From positions 6,787-70,786 of the forward strand of contig CAVHCH010000067.1 in the NCBI GenBank assembly GCA_963634265.1: DNA of 64,000 nt, in the 5' to 3' direction. This document shows, piece after piece, positions 45,514 through 55,607 of the stretch (positions are counted from its first letter, which is position 1; the number at the start of each line of letters is the position of its first letter). Origin of the DNA: Bacteroidaceae bacterium (GTDB taxonomy: Bacteria > Bacillota > Clostridia > Oscillospirales > Oscillospiraceae). Both the position numbers and the translations under genes were made by a program. Below the pieces are notes generated by a model. That model did not search any database, had not been told where the DNA came from, and worked only from the letters and a program-made list of their open reading frames with translations.

Positions 45514-46711
45514 CTTTTGTTCCTCCGATCTCGTTTCGTATAGAGTCCAGGGCCTCCCGGGTGTGGGGATGCACGGGGCTTCCGTAGCCCCGCAGCTCCG
45601 CAATGGAATCCAAAAGCGCCCGGTACAGTCCTTCATTCAAGTCCGTGTGCACCGCCCGGCGCAGCTCCTCCACCCCGGGAAAGCGGCGGCTGGGCTCGAT
45701 GTAGTCCGCCAGGTAAATGATCTTCTCCAGCAGGGTCATGTCCGCCTTGCCGGTGGTGTGGTAAAAAATGGCGTTGTAAATTTCGTCCGACACGCCGAAT
45801 TTATCCCGGGCCACCGCCGCCCCGGTCTTGGAATGCAGCAGCTTCAGGCTCACCTGCTCCAGCGGGTCCAGCTCGATGCCGTAGTGGCGGCACAGAGAGA
45901 TCTGCCGGTCCATATCCAGCTTCTTGGTGCAGTCGTGGAGCAGGGCCGCGATGCGGGCCGCCGTGCCATCCGCGCCGTACTTTTCCGCCAGGAACGCCGC
46001 CTCCTGCTCCGTGCCCAGCACATGGGGCATCCGCTTGGGCTTGAGGTAACTCAGGGCGATGGGCCGCAGCTCCTCCGGCGTCAAATGCTTCAGATCAGCC
46101 GCCGTACCGTACAGGCCCTTGCGCAGGATATATCCATACACCGGCTCCGTGAGGTACGCCCGTCCCGCGCCCCGGGCCAAATTTTCCCGCAGCTCCGTGG
46201 AGGAAATTTCCACCACATCGGGATTTTCCAGCACCCGAATGCACGCGCCGTAGGCCGCCTCCAGCCGCTCCTTCTGCCGGGCAAAGGCCGCCGCCTCGCT
46301 CTCCTCCCGGCGGCTGAACACCGCGAGAGTCGCCAACCGGCAGATCCGCTCCGGCTGCCGCCAGGTCTCAAAGGATAAAAACATATCCGACCCCATGAGC
46401 AGAAACAGCTCGTCCGCCGGGTACTGCCCCCGCAGCGCCGACAGGGTGTCGCAGGTGTAGCTGGCCCCCTGCCGCCGCAGCTCCAGGTCCAGGACCTCCG
46501 CCGGGACCGGCACCTCCCCGGTGCAAAGCTGCACCATCTCCAGCCGCTCGTCCGCCCCGGCGCTGCCCGCAGGCAGAGGCTTGTGGGGCGGGATGGCATC
46601 GGGGATCAGCAGCAGCTTATCAAGCGTCAGCTGCCGCGCCGCCGCGGTCGCTGCCGTCAGATGCCCCCGGTGGATGGGGTTAAAGGTCCCCCCGTATACA
46701 CCAATTTTCAT
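45506..46711 (-). CDS. nadD: NadD nicotinate-nucleotide adenylyltransferase fused to YqeK HD-domain Ap4A hydrolase
   Basis: GGTFNPIHRGH, PPHK, ISSTELR, then KRMPHVLG, LLHDCTK, YHTTG, YLADYIEP. Confidence 0.92.
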   Translation of the reverse strand: MKIGVYGGTFNPIHRGHLTAATAAARQLTLDKLLLIPDAIPPHKPLPAGSAGADERLEMVQLCTGEVPVPAEVLDLELRRQGASYTCDTLSALRGQYPADELFLLMGSDMFLSFETWRQPERICRLATLAVFSRREESEAAAFARQKERLEAAYGACIRVLENPDVVEISSTELRENLARGAGRAYLTEPVYGYILRKGLYGTAADLKHLTPEELRPIALSYLKPKRMPHVLGTEQEAAFLAEKYGADGTAARIAALLHDCTKKLDMDRQISLCRHYGIELDPLEQVSLKLLHSKTGAAVARDKFGVSDEIYNAIFYHTTGKADMTLLEKIIYLADYIEPSRRFPGVEELRRAVHTDLNEGLYRALLDSIAELRGYGSPVHPHTREALDSIRNEIGGTKDE

Positions 46712-46713
46712 GG

Positions 46714-47034
46714 TCACTCGCCGCGCCGGGGCGCTTTCACAAGCTGAATTTTGCGCTTTGCCTTGTCGTGCTGCATCCGGTAGAGGACGAATTTGTTCCC
46801 GATGACCTGCACCACCTCGCTGCGGGTAGCCACCTTCATCTCCTCGGCGGCCTCCCGGGCGGTGAGCATGGAGTTCTCCAGCACCTTGCCCTTGATGAGC
46901 TCCCGGGCCTCCAGGGCATCGTCCGCCTGCTTGACCAGGTTGTCACTGATGCCGTCCTTGCCGATATGAATAATGGTGTCCAGAGTGGAGGCCAGGCCCC
47001 GCAGCTGAGCACGCTGCTTGCTTGTCAGTTCCAT
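46714..47034 (-). CDS. yhbY: CRM-domain RNA-binding protein YhbY
   Basis: LTSKQRAQLRGLA, IGKDGI, ARELIK, VQVIG.KFVLYR. Confidence 0.95.
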   Translation of the reverse strand: MELTSKQRAQLRGLASTLDTIIHIGKDGISDNLVKQADDALEARELIKGKVLENSMLTAREAAEEMKVATRSEVVQVIGNKFVLYRMQHDKAKRKIQLVKAPRRGE

Positions 47035-47035
47035 A

Positions 47036-47623
47036 TTATTTCTCCAAATATTCCTTTAGTTTCACCGCAAAGGCCCGCAGGGCGTTGCCCCGGTGGCTGA
47101 TGGCGTTTTTCTCCTCCGCCGTGAGCTGGGCAAAGGTCTTGCGCAGACTCGGCACATAGAACACCGGGTCATAGCCGAACCCGCTGTCCCCCATGGGGGC
47201 GTAGGCGATGGTGCCCGGGCACTCGCCCTCCGCCGTCAGCTCCGTGCCGTCGGGGAACAGGCACACAACGGAGGTGTGGAAATGGGCCGCCCGGGTCATG
47301 GACCCGCGCATATTTTGCAGCAGCAGACGGTAGCGGGCCGCGTCGTCGTCCAGCCCGCCGTACCGGGCGGAGTAGACCCCCGGCGCGCCGTTCAGGGCGT
47401 CTACGCACAATCCGCTGTCGTCGGCGATGGCCGGAAGCCCGCTGGCCTCCATGACGGCTTTCGCCTTGATGCGGGCGTTCTCCGTAAAGGTCTCGCCGTT
47501 CTCCTCCGGCTCCAAGGAAATGCCCAGGTCCGACTGGAGGACCACCTCCACGCCCAGCTCCCCTAGAATCTTCTGCATTTCTGCCAGTTTTCCCTTGTTG
47601 TGGGATGCCAATACGAATTTCAT
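47036..47623 (-). CDS. rdgB: dITP/XTP pyrophosphatase (RdgB/Ham1)
   Basis: ASHNKGK, ADDSGL, PGVYSAR, GFGYDPVF, KNAISHRG. Confidence 0.96.
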   Translation of the reverse strand: MKFVLASHNKGKLAEMQKILGELGVEVVLQSDLGISLEPEENGETFTENARIKAKAVMEASGLPAIADDSGLCVDALNGAPGVYSARYGGLDDDAARYRLLLQNMRGSMTRAAHFHTSVVCLFPDGTELTAEGECPGTIAYAPMGDSGFGYDPVFYVPSLRKTFAQLTAEEKNAISHRGNALRAFAVKLKEYLEK

Positions 47624-47636
47624 AATGCCGCCTCCT

Positions 47637-48353
47637 TTACCGCTCCAGAATTTCCCTCTGCATTTCCATCAATTCCGCAATGCCCTTACCGCACAGGCGC
47701 ACCAGCTCCTGCTGCTCCGAAAGGGTAAAGCTTCGGCCCTCGCCGGTGCCCTGGAGCTCTATAAGCTCGCCCTTTTCGTTCATCACGCAGTTCAGGTCCA
47801 CCTGGGCCCGGCTGTCCTCGCTGTAAGGCAGGTCCAGCATAGGCGCATCGTCAATAATGCCCGCGCTCACCGCCGCCACCTGGTGGATGATGGGGTCTCG
47901 CGTCACCTTGCCCTCATTCAGCAGCTTCCGGCAGGCCAGGGCCAGGGCCACAAAGCCGCCGGTAACGGAGGCGGTGCGGGTGCCGCCGTCCCCCTGCAAA
48001 ACATCGCAGTCCACAGTGATGGTCCGGGGGCCCAGGGCCTCCCTATCCACCGCCGCCCGAAGGCTGCGGCCAATGAGCCGCTGGATCTCCGCGCTGCGGC
48101 CGGAGAGCTTTAATTTGTCAATGTCCCGGCGGGAGCGCTCCCGGTTGGCCCGGGGCAGCATGGAATACTCCGCCGTCACCCAGCCGTGTCCCTCCGGCAC
48201 ATGGGGCGGCGTTTTCTCCTCCACCGAGGCGTTGCACAGCACCACCGTGTCGCCGCAGCGGATCAGCACGCTGCCCTCGGCGAATTTTATATAATCTTTC
48301 GTCAGTTCCACAGGCCGAAGCTGGTCAAATGCTCGTCCGTCTGCTCTGGTCAT
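47637..48353 (-). CDS. rph: Ribonuclease PH
   Basis: AEGSVL, GWVTAEYSMLP, EIQRLIGRSLR, DGGTRTAS, QGTGE. Confidence 0.97.
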   Translation of the reverse strand: MTRADGRAFDQLRPVELTKDYIKFAEGSVLIRCGDTVVLCNASVEEKTPPHVPEGHGWVTAEYSMLPRANRERSRRDIDKLKLSGRSAEIQRLIGRSLRAAVDREALGPRTITVDCDVLQGDGGTRTASVTGGFVALALACRKLLNEGKVTRDPIIHQVAAVSAGIIDDAPMLDLPYSEDSRAQVDLNCVMNEKGELIELQGTGEGRSFTLSEQQELVRLCGKGIAELMEMQREILER

Positions 48354-48367
48354 AGTCTCTCCCCCTG

Positions 48368-49237
48368 TCAAAACAGATCGTTTACAAATTCCTCCGGGTC
48401 AAAGGGCTTCAGATCGTCGATGCCCTCGCCCACGCCTACAAATTTCACCGGCACACCCAGCTCCCTTGCGATAGCGATGACGATGCCGCCCTTGGCCGTG
48501 CCGTCCAGCTTGGTCAGCACGATGCCCGTGAGGCCCGCCGTCTCCTTGAAGCTCCGGGCCTGGATGAGCCCGTTCTGCCCGGTGGTGGCATCCAGCACCA
48601 GCAGCGTCTCCCGGCCCGCCTCCGGCAGCTCCCGGTCGATGATCTTGCGGAGCTTTGCCAGCTCGTTCATCAGGTTCTGCTTATTGTGCAGCCGCCCGGC
48701 GGTGTCGCACAGGACCACATCTATGCTTCGCGCCTTGGCCGCCTGCAGCGCATCAAACAGTACCGCCCCGGGGTCGGCCCCCTCATGCTGGCACACGATG
48801 GGCACCCCGGCCCGGTCCGCCCAAATTTCCAACTGGTCGGCGGCAGCGGCCCGGAAGGTGTCGCCCGCGCAGAGGAGGACCTTCTTCCCCTCCCCCTTCA
48901 GCCGGGCGGCCAGCTTGCCGATGGAGGTGGTCTTGCCCACGCCGTTGACGCCGATGACCAGGATCACCGTGGGGCTCTTGGCGGTGTCCAGGGCCGTCTC
49001 GCCCACGGAGAGCTTTTGCAGCAAAATTTTCCGCAGCTCCGCCTTCACCTGCTCCGGGTCCTTCATGTCGTAGCTGAACACGGCGTTGCGCAGGGAGTTC
49101 ACCGACTCGGTGGCGATGTTCACCCCCACATCCGCCAGGATCAGGGACTCCTCCAGATTGTCAAAAAATTCGTCGTCCAGCTTCTCCCAGTTCACATCCC
49201 CGAACCAGGCCTGCTTGAGCTTGCTGAAAATACCCAT
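48368..49237 (-). CDS. ftsY: SRP receptor FtsY
   Basis: GVNGVGKTT, DTFRAAA, DTAGR, TKLDGTAKGG; start moved to ATG 49237. Confidence 0.97.
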   Translation of the reverse strand: MGIFSKLKQAWFGDVNWEKLDDEFFDNLEESLILADVGVNIATESVNSLRNAVFSYDMKDPEQVKAELRKILLQKLSVGETALDTAKSPTVILVIGVNGVGKTTSIGKLAARLKGEGKKVLLCAGDTFRAAAADQLEIWADRAGVPIVCQHEGADPGAVLFDALQAAKARSIDVVLCDTAGRLHNKQNLMNELAKLRKIIDRELPEAGRETLLVLDATTGQNGLIQARSFKETAGLTGIVLTKLDGTAKGGIVIAIARELGVPVKFVGVGEGIDDLKPFDPEEFVNDLF

Positions 49238-49304
49238 TCCGCTGCCTCCTGTTTCAAATTCAATGTATATCGTTTTCGCGGGAGCGCATACCGCCCCCCG
49301 TCCT

Positions 49305-49420
49305 TTCGTAGGGGGGCGGCGTCCTCGACGCCCCGCCCGGATTTGCACCACAGTCCTTGTCATTTCGTAGGGGCGGGGTTCTACCCCGCCCGCGGGAGGG
49401 GCAGAGCCCCTCCCCTACGC
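49305..49420. repeat. REP-like palindromes between smc and ftsY
   Basis: GTAGGGGGGCGGCGTCCTCGACGCCCC and the REP doublet shared with 31137 and 36197. Confidence 0.82.
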
Positions 49421-49485
49421 ACTTCTTGAAAAAATCGCTCGGCGTGGCAATCCGTTCCTTTGGCTCCCTGCGTGGGGTCGTCCCC

Positions 49486-52400
49486 TCACTTAATTTTCAT
49501 TTCCTTGCTCAGCTCATTGAGGTTGGCCGTGAGCACCGTGGAAACGCCCCGCTCCTGCATGGTGATGCCATACAGCACATCCGCCTCCTCCATGGTGCCG
49601 CGCCGGTGGGTGATGACGATGAACTGGGTCTTGCCCGCGATGCGCCGCATATATTTTGCGTAGCGCACCACATTGGACTCGTCCAGGGCCGCCTCAATCT
49701 CGTCCATCACGCAGAACGGCGTGGGGTGTACCTTCAAAATGGCGAAATACAACGCGATAGCCACAAAGGCCTTCTCGCCGCCGGAGAGCAGCGACAGGGT
49801 CTTGAGCTGCTTTCCCGGGGGCTGGGCCTTAATTTCAATGCCGCAGCGGAGGATGTCGTTTTCGTCCTCCAGCTCCAATGTGGCCCGGCCACCGCCGAAC
49901 AGCTCCAAAAATGTCTCCTGGAAGCTCTGCTTCAAAATCTCAAACTGGGTGGCGAAGATCTCCGTCATCTGCTTGGTGATCTCCTCGATGATGCCCACCA
50001 GCTCCTCCTTGGCCTGCTCCACATCGTTGCGCTGGTCGGAAAGATAGGTATAGCGGGTGTTCACCCGGTCAAACTCCTCAATGGCGCCGATGTTGATGGG
50101 CCCCAGGCCCTTAATTTCCCGGTTCAGCTCGCCGATACGGCGGGTGGCCTTGGGCACGCTCTCCAGCTCGATGCGCAGATTTTGGGCGTCGCTGTGGCTC
50201 AGCTCGTACCGCTCCCACAGCTTATCCAAAATCTGTTTCTCCTCCAAAGCGCTGCCGTTTAACTTGCCCTCCAGGCGGGTCACTTCCCGCTCGCAGTTGA
50301 GGAGGGTGTCGTTGCAGGCGCGGCTGAGCCGGTCCGTCTGGCTGCGCCGGGCCTCCAGGGCCATCTTCTCCTCCGAGAGCTTCTGCAAAGCCTGCCTGTG
50401 CTCCTCAATGCGGCCCCGCAGCTCTCCGGCTGCCTGCATCTGCCGCTCTTCTTCTGCCCGGGCCTGGGCCATGGCCTGCTCCATTTGAGCGCGCAGGCTC
50501 TCCCGGTCGGTGTGCTCCCCCTCCAGGCTCTCCCGCAGCCGGGCCAGGTCCTCCCTGCTGCGCCGGGCGCTGTCGCCCTCGGCAGAGAGGGCCGCCTGCT
50601 GGGCCCTTTTCTCCGTCAGCCGGGCCGACATCTCACCCAGGCTCTGCTGGCAGTCCGCCTGCTCCTTTTGAAGCCGCTCCATCTCGCCCCGGGTGGCTTC
50701 CGCCCGGGCGGTAAAGTCCGCGATGGTCCCGCGAATGGCATCCATCCGCCCGGCATCGTCGGTGCTGCGCTTTTGCAGGTTCTCCTTCTGAATGCGCAGG
50801 CTCTCCTGCTGGTGCTCCAGGCTCTCTATCAAAATGTCAAAGTGGTTCTTGCGGCCCTCCAGGGTCAGCACCCGGTCATTGGCCTGGCGCTGCTGGTCCT
50901 TGGCCACCTCCAGCTCATACTGGGCCTTCTGCAGCTCCCGGTTGGCGCTCTCGGCCATGAGGGCCGCGTCCTGGAGCTGGGACTGGATCTTCTTGCGCTT
51001 TTTCTCCAACTGCTCCAGCTCGCCGGAACGGGAGAGAATCCCCGCGTTGCGGCTGACGCTGCCGCCGGTCATGGAGCCGCCGGCGTTGATGACCTGGCCG
51101 TCCAGGGTGACGATGCGGAAGCGGTTGTCGTGGCGCTTGGCCATCTGAATGCCGCAGTCCAGGTCCTCCACCACCACGGTGGTGCCCAAAAGGTTCTCCA
51201 CAACGGCACCGTATTTCCCCTCATAGCGCACCAGCTCCGACGCAACGCCCACGAAGCCGTACTCGTTTTCCAGTCCATTCTCCCGCAAGCTGCGGCCCCG
51301 AATGGTGTCCAGAGGCAGGAAGGTAGCCCGGCCACCGTCCCGCTGCTTTAACAGGCCGATGGCGTTCTTGCCGTCGTTTTTCGTGTCCACGATAATGTGC
51401 TGCAAAGCGCCGCCCAGGGCAATTTCAATAGCCACGCTGCACTCCTTGTCCGCGTGGATGAGGTTGCCCACCGGCCCGTGGATGCCCGAGAGCGTCCGGG
51501 CCTCGGCGGCCCGCATGACGATCTTCACCGCCTTGGAAAATCCCTCGTACTCCTTCTCCATTTCGCTGAGCAGGCGGATGCGGTCGGACAGGGTCTTTTC
51601 CTCCAAAGTCAGGCGGTTTTTCTGCTCCGTGCTCTCCTGGGCCCGGCGCTGGCGGCCCTCCATTTTCAGGCTGTGGCCGCCGATGATGTTGGACGCGGCC
51701 TGCTCCTCTTCCCGGGCAGCCTGCAACTGCTTTTCGTTCTCCCCGGCCTCTTTTTTCGCCTGGGTCAGCTTCTCTTGGTTCTGGGCAAGCTCCCCGTCCA
51801 GCTCCTGGGTGCGCTGGGCAATTTCATCGGACCCGGCGGTGATGGCGGACAGCTCCGCCTGGGCCTGGGCCGCCCCGGCTACCTCCTGAGCTTCCCGGCG
51901 GCGCAGCTCCTCCAGCCGGGCGGCGTAAACATCGCTGCTGTGGGTGCTGCCGCGCATTTCCTCGCAGAGGGCTTCCATCTCCGCGTCCAGGGCCTGGGCC
52001 GAAGCGTCAATTTCCTCCAGGCGATGGGACAGGGCCTCCATCTGCTCCTGCAAGGACTCCGTGCGGCTGCGACTCTCGCTCATCTCCCGCTCCATGCGCT
52101 CGATGGTCTCCGCGTGGTGCTGGGCCGTGGTCCGGGCCACGGCGGCGGCGGACTCGTGCTCGCCGATGGCGCTCTCCAGAGCCGAGACCTGGGTGCGCCG
52201 CTCCTCGGCGGCACAGTCGCTCTCGTGCATGAGCCGAGCGCACTCCTCCGCCTGGGCGTAAACCTCGTCCAGCTCCGCCTGGGCCTTTTTCTGGTCGGCC
52301 TGGGCGGTCTCAAAGTCCGTTTGCAGCTTCAGCCGGTCGGTTTTCAGCTTCTGCAAATTTTCAAGCCACACGCTTATCTCCAGCGTCCGCAGCTCGTCGT

Positions 52401-53055
52401 GGAGCACCAGGTATTTTTTCGCCGTCTCTGCCTGCTTGCGCAGGGGCTCCACCTGCATCTCCAGCTCCGCGATCTTGTCGTTGATGCGCACCAGGTTCTC
52501 CTCCGTGCGCTGGAGCTTCCGCTCGGACTCCTCCTTGCGGTGGCGGTACTTGCTGATGCCCGCCGCCTCCTCGAATACCTCACGCCTGTCGTCGCTGCGG
52601 ACGGATAAGATCTCGTCGATCTTGCCCTGGCCGATGATGGAATAGCCCTCCCGGCCCATGCCAGTGTCCATGAAAAGCTCGTTCACATCCTTCAGCCGCA
52701 CGGACTGGCGGTTGATGTAATATTCCGACTCGCCGCTGCGGTAATAGCGGCGGGTCACCGCCACCTCCGCCTCGTCGCGGTTGAAAATGTGCTCGGTATT
52801 GTCAATGACCAGCGTCACCTGGGCAAAGCCCATCTGGCGGCGCTTCTCGGTGCCGCCGAAGATCACATCCTCCATCTTAGCGCCTCGGAGCTGGCGGCTG
52901 TTCTGCTCGCCCATGACCCAGCGGATGGCGTCGGAGATGTTAGACTTGCCGGAGCCATTGGGCCCGACAATGGCGGTGATGTCCTCGCCGAAGTTCAGCA
53001 CCGTCTTCTCCGGGAAGGACTTAAAGCCCTGTATTTCCAGTGCCTTTAAGTACAC
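49486..53055 (-). CDS. smc: Chromosome segregation protein SMC
   Basis: GFKSF, GPNGSGKSN, hinge GRATFLPL, LSGGEK, DEIEAALD; GTG start with GAGGTG RBS. Confidence 0.98.
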   Translation of the reverse strand: MYLKALEIQGFKSFPEKTVLNFGEDITAIVGPNGSGKSNISDAIRWVMGEQNSRQLRGAKMEDVIFGGTEKRRQMGFAQVTLVIDNTEHIFNRDEAEVAVTRRYYRSGESEYYINRQSVRLKDVNELFMDTGMGREGYSIIGQGKIDEILSVRSDDRREVFEEAAGISKYRHRKEESERKLQRTEENLVRINDKIAELEMQVEPLRKQAETAKKYLVLHDELRTLEISVWLENLQKLKTDRLKLQTDFETAQADQKKAQAELDEVYAQAEECARLMHESDCAAEERRTQVSALESAIGEHESAAAVARTTAQHHAETIERMEREMSESRSRTESLQEQMEALSHRLEEIDASAQALDAEMEALCEEMRGSTHSSDVYAARLEELRRREAQEVAGAAQAQAELSAITAGSDEIAQRTQELDGELAQNQEKLTQAKKEAGENEKQLQAAREEEQAASNIIGGHSLKMEGRQRRAQESTEQKNRLTLEEKTLSDRIRLLSEMEKEYEGFSKAVKIVMRAAEARTLSGIHGPVGNLIHADKECSVAIEIALGGALQHIIVDTKNDGKNAIGLLKQRDGGRATFLPLDTIRGRSLRENGLENEYGFVGVASELVRYEGKYGAVVENLLGTTVVVEDLDCGIQMAKRHDNRFRIVTLDGQVINAGGSMTGGSVSRNAGILSRSGELEQLEKKRKKIQSQLQDAALMAESANRELQKAQYELEVAKDQQRQANDRVLTLEGRKNHFDILIESLEHQQESLRIQKENLQKRSTDDAGRMDAIRGTIADFTARAEATRGEMERLQKEQADCQQSLGEMSARLTEKRAQQAALSAEGDSARRSREDLARLRESLEGEHTDRESLRAQMEQAMAQARAEEERQMQAAGELRGRIEEHRQALQKLSEEKMALEARRSQTDRLSRACNDTLLNCEREVTRLEGKLNGSALEEKQILDKLWERYELSHSDAQNLRIELESVPKATRRIGELNREIKGLGPINIGAIEEFDRVNTRYTYLSDQRNDVEQAKEELVGIIEEITKQMTEIFATQFEILKQSFQETFLELFGGGRATLELEDENDILRCGIEIKAQPPGKQLKTLSLLSGGEKAFVAIALYFAILKVHPTPFCVMDEIEAALDESNVVRYAKYMRRIAGKTQFIVITHRRGTMEEADVLYGITMQERGVSTVLTANLNELSKEMKIK

Positions 53056-53206
53056 GCAGTTCACCTCACTACTTCAAAATGGCATACTTTAACTAAATAA
53101 TTGTAGCAGAAAGCAGCTGTGTTTTCAAGACTAAAATAAATGCCCCTAAACAGAGCAAAATAAAACCCACACTTGACATTTTCCGTCCGTGTGGTACTAT
53201 AGATAT

Positions 53207-53306
53207 AGCAAGAGCGCTGCGACAAGCGGTTGGCTCTACAGTAATCGATTAACTGAGACGAATCTCAAGAAAACCGTCACTTGGCAGAGTGGCGGTTTTC
53301 CCTTTT
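53207..53306 (+). ncRNA. Putative antitoxin/antisense small RNA
   Basis: TTGACA (53173-53178)-16-TACTAT (53195-53200) with extended TG; ends at hairpin AAAACCGTCACT..AGTGGCGGTTTT overlapping the peptide's 3' end. Confidence 0.62.
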
Positions 53307-53360
53307 AACTCTGATCGTAATTACAACTCCGAAGATATGTACCGTCAGTGTTATAGGCAC
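53277..53360 (-). CDS. Putative type I toxin-like peptide, 27 aa MPITLTVHIFGVVITIRVKRENRHSAK
   Basis: GTG start after AAAGGGGGTGA; promoter TTGACA (53453-53448)-17-TACAAT (53430-53425); hydrophobic N-half and basic tail. Confidence 0.68.
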   Translation of the reverse strand: MPITLTVHIFGVVITIRVKRENRHSAK

Positions 53361-53520
53361 AAGCCTCACCCCCTTTCGGGTGGTGTAGCCAACCGCCTGC
53401 CGTTCGTGCAGCGCTCTTGCGTGTATTGTAATAGAAAAATCATTTCCTGTCAATTTTTTCTGATTTTTGCGAAAAAATGGGCGGAGGGACTTTTGCAGCT
53501 CCCTCCGCCCATTTATTTTT

Positions 53521-55386
53521 TTACTCTTTCCCCGCCGACAGGGCCCGGGTAGCGTTGAGCACTGCCAGCACCATCACGCCCACATCCGCGCCGATGGCAA
53601 GCCACATACTGGCCATGCCGATGGCGCCCAGCACCAGGCACACCGCCTTCACCGCCAGGGCGAACACGATGTTCTCGTACACGATGCGCAGCGTCCGCCG
53701 GGAGATGCGCATAGCCAGGGCGATCTTGGCCGGGTCGTCGTCCATGAGCACCACATCCGCCGCCTCGATGGCCGCGTCGCTGCCCAGGGCGCCCATGGCG
53801 ATGCCGATGTCGGCCCGGGCCAGCACAGGGGCGTCGTTGATGCCGTCGCCCACGAAGGCCAAAAGCTGGCCCTCCTTGCGCTCCTTCAGCAGCCGCTCCA
53901 CCTGCTGGACCTTGTCCGCCGGGAGAAGCTGGCTGTGTACCTCGTCCACGCCCAGCTGAGAGGCCACCTGCTGGGCCGCCGCGTCCGCGTCGCCGGTGAG
54001 CATGACGGTCTTCTCGATGCCCTCGGCTTTCAGTCCGCGGATGGCCTGGGCCGCGTGCTCCTTCACCACATCGCCCAGGAGGATCCATCCGGCATACACG
54101 CCGTCCACGGCCACATAGACCACGGTACCGGCCTTTTTGGGCTCTGCGGGCTGAATGTTCAGCTTCTCCATGAGCCGCCGGTTGCCCACGGCCACGGCGT
54201 GGCCGTCCACCTGGGCCGTCAGGCCGAAGCCGCCCAGTTCCTCCACATCCGTCACCCGGTCGGTGTCCACCTGGCCGCCCCAGGCGGTCTTCAGGCTCTG
54301 GCTGATGGGGTGCTTGGAGTAGCACTCCGCCTGGGCCGCCCAGCCCAGCAGGGTCTGCTGGTCCATGCCCTCCGGGGCCGTCTCCAGCACCTGGAAAACG
54401 CCCTTGGTGAGGGTGCCGGTCTTGTCGAACACCACGCAGCTCGTCTTAGCCAGGGCCTCCAAATAGTTGCTGCCCTTGACCAAAATACCCTTGGCGGACG
54501 CGCCGCCGATACCGCCGAAGAAGCTCAGGGGAATGCTGATGACCAGCGCGCAGGGGCAGCTAATGACCAGGAAGGTCAAAGCTCTCGTGATCCAGTCGCC
54601 CCACATGGGCGCGCTGCCCATGATAAGCCGCACCACCGGCGGCAGCACCGCCAGGGCCAGGGCGCTGTAACACACCGCCGGGGTATAGACCCGGGCAAAC
54701 TTGGTGATGAAGTTCTCCGCCTTGGCCTTTTTCATGCTGGAGTTTTCCACCAGGTCCAGGATCTTCGCCACGGTGGAGTCGCCGAATTCCTTGGTGGTCT
54801 CGATACGCAGCAGGCCGCTGAGGTTCACGCAGCCGGAGAGCACCTCGTCCCCGGCCTTCACCTGCCGGGGCAGGCTCTCGCCGGTAAGGGCACTGGTATT
54901 CACGGTAGACTCGCCCTCCGTCACCACGCCGTCGATGGGGATACGCTCGCCGGGCTGCACCACGATGATGGTACCCACCTCCACATCGTCCGGGTCCACC
55001 TTCTCCAGGGCCCCGTCCGTCTCGATATTGGCATAGTCCGGGCGGATGTCCATGAGGTCGGAGATGCTGCGGCGGCTCTTGCCCACGGCGTAGCTCTGGA
55101 ACAGCTCACCCACCTGGTAAAACACCATAACGGCGCAGCCCTCCCGCCAGTCGCCCAGGGCCATAGCGCCCACGGTGGCCACGGCCATGAGGAAGTTCTC
55201 GTCGAACACCTGGCCCCGGAAAATGCCCTTCACGGCCTTGAGCAAAATGTCATAGCCCACGATGAAATACGGGATGAGGTACAGCACGCCCTCCAGCCAG
55301 CCCGTAAGCGGCGAGAGCCAAAGCCCCACCACCAGCACCGCCGACACGATGACCCGTATCAAATTGGTTTTCTGCTTCTTCGTCAC
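53521..55386 (-). CDS. cadA: Cd/Zn-translocating P1B-type ATPase
   Basis: FDENFLM, LTGES, SCPCAL, DKTGTLT, HP, GDGINDAP motifs. Confidence 0.95.
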   Translation of the reverse strand: MTKKQKTNLIRVIVSAVLVVGLWLSPLTGWLEGVLYLIPYFIVGYDILLKAVKGIFRGQVFDENFLMAVATVGAMALGDWREGCAVMVFYQVGELFQSYAVGKSRRSISDLMDIRPDYANIETDGALEKVDPDDVEVGTIIVVQPGERIPIDGVVTEGESTVNTSALTGESLPRQVKAGDEVLSGCVNLSGLLRIETTKEFGDSTVAKILDLVENSSMKKAKAENFITKFARVYTPAVCYSALALAVLPPVVRLIMGSAPMWGDWITRALTFLVISCPCALVISIPLSFFGGIGGASAKGILVKGSNYLEALAKTSCVVFDKTGTLTKGVFQVLETAPEGMDQQTLLGWAAQAECYSKHPISQSLKTAWGGQVDTDRVTDVEELGGFGLTAQVDGHAVAVGNRRLMEKLNIQPAEPKKAGTVVYVAVDGVYAGWILLGDVVKEHAAQAIRGLKAEGIEKTVMLTGDADAAAQQVASQLGVDEVHSQLLPADKVQQVERLLKERKEGQLLAFVGDGINDAPVLARADIGIAMGALGSDAAIEAADVVLMDDDPAKIALAMRISRRTLRIVYENIVFALAVKAVCLVLGAIGMASMWLAIGADVGVMVLAVLNATRALSAGKE

Positions 55387-55422
55387 GGCTTTTACGCCTC
55401 CTTACAGTGTTTGCGGCTCCCC

Positions 55423-55607
55423 AAAAAAGCCTCGCAGAGTTTGCCGCCCGCAGGCGGCAAAAAATTCAAATGATTTTCCCCCGCGACATGTGCGTGGGGG
55501 AAAATACCTCTCAGGCTGCAAGTGTGGAATTTTTGCGCTCCGCGCAAAAATTATGCGCGCAGCAGACTGCAAACCTTTTGGCAGAAAAATCGAAGATTTT
55601 TCGCCAG
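55423..55607. repeat. ~185-bp structured dispersed repeat, copy 3
   Basis: Matches 4700-4880; abuts the TAA of the HMA gene. Confidence 0.85.

Noticed and set aside
53289..53552. 87-aa plus-strand ORF upstream of smc
   Set aside because: No RBS, and it starts inside a terminator hairpin; the region is better explained by the 27-aa minus-strand peptide and antisense RNA.
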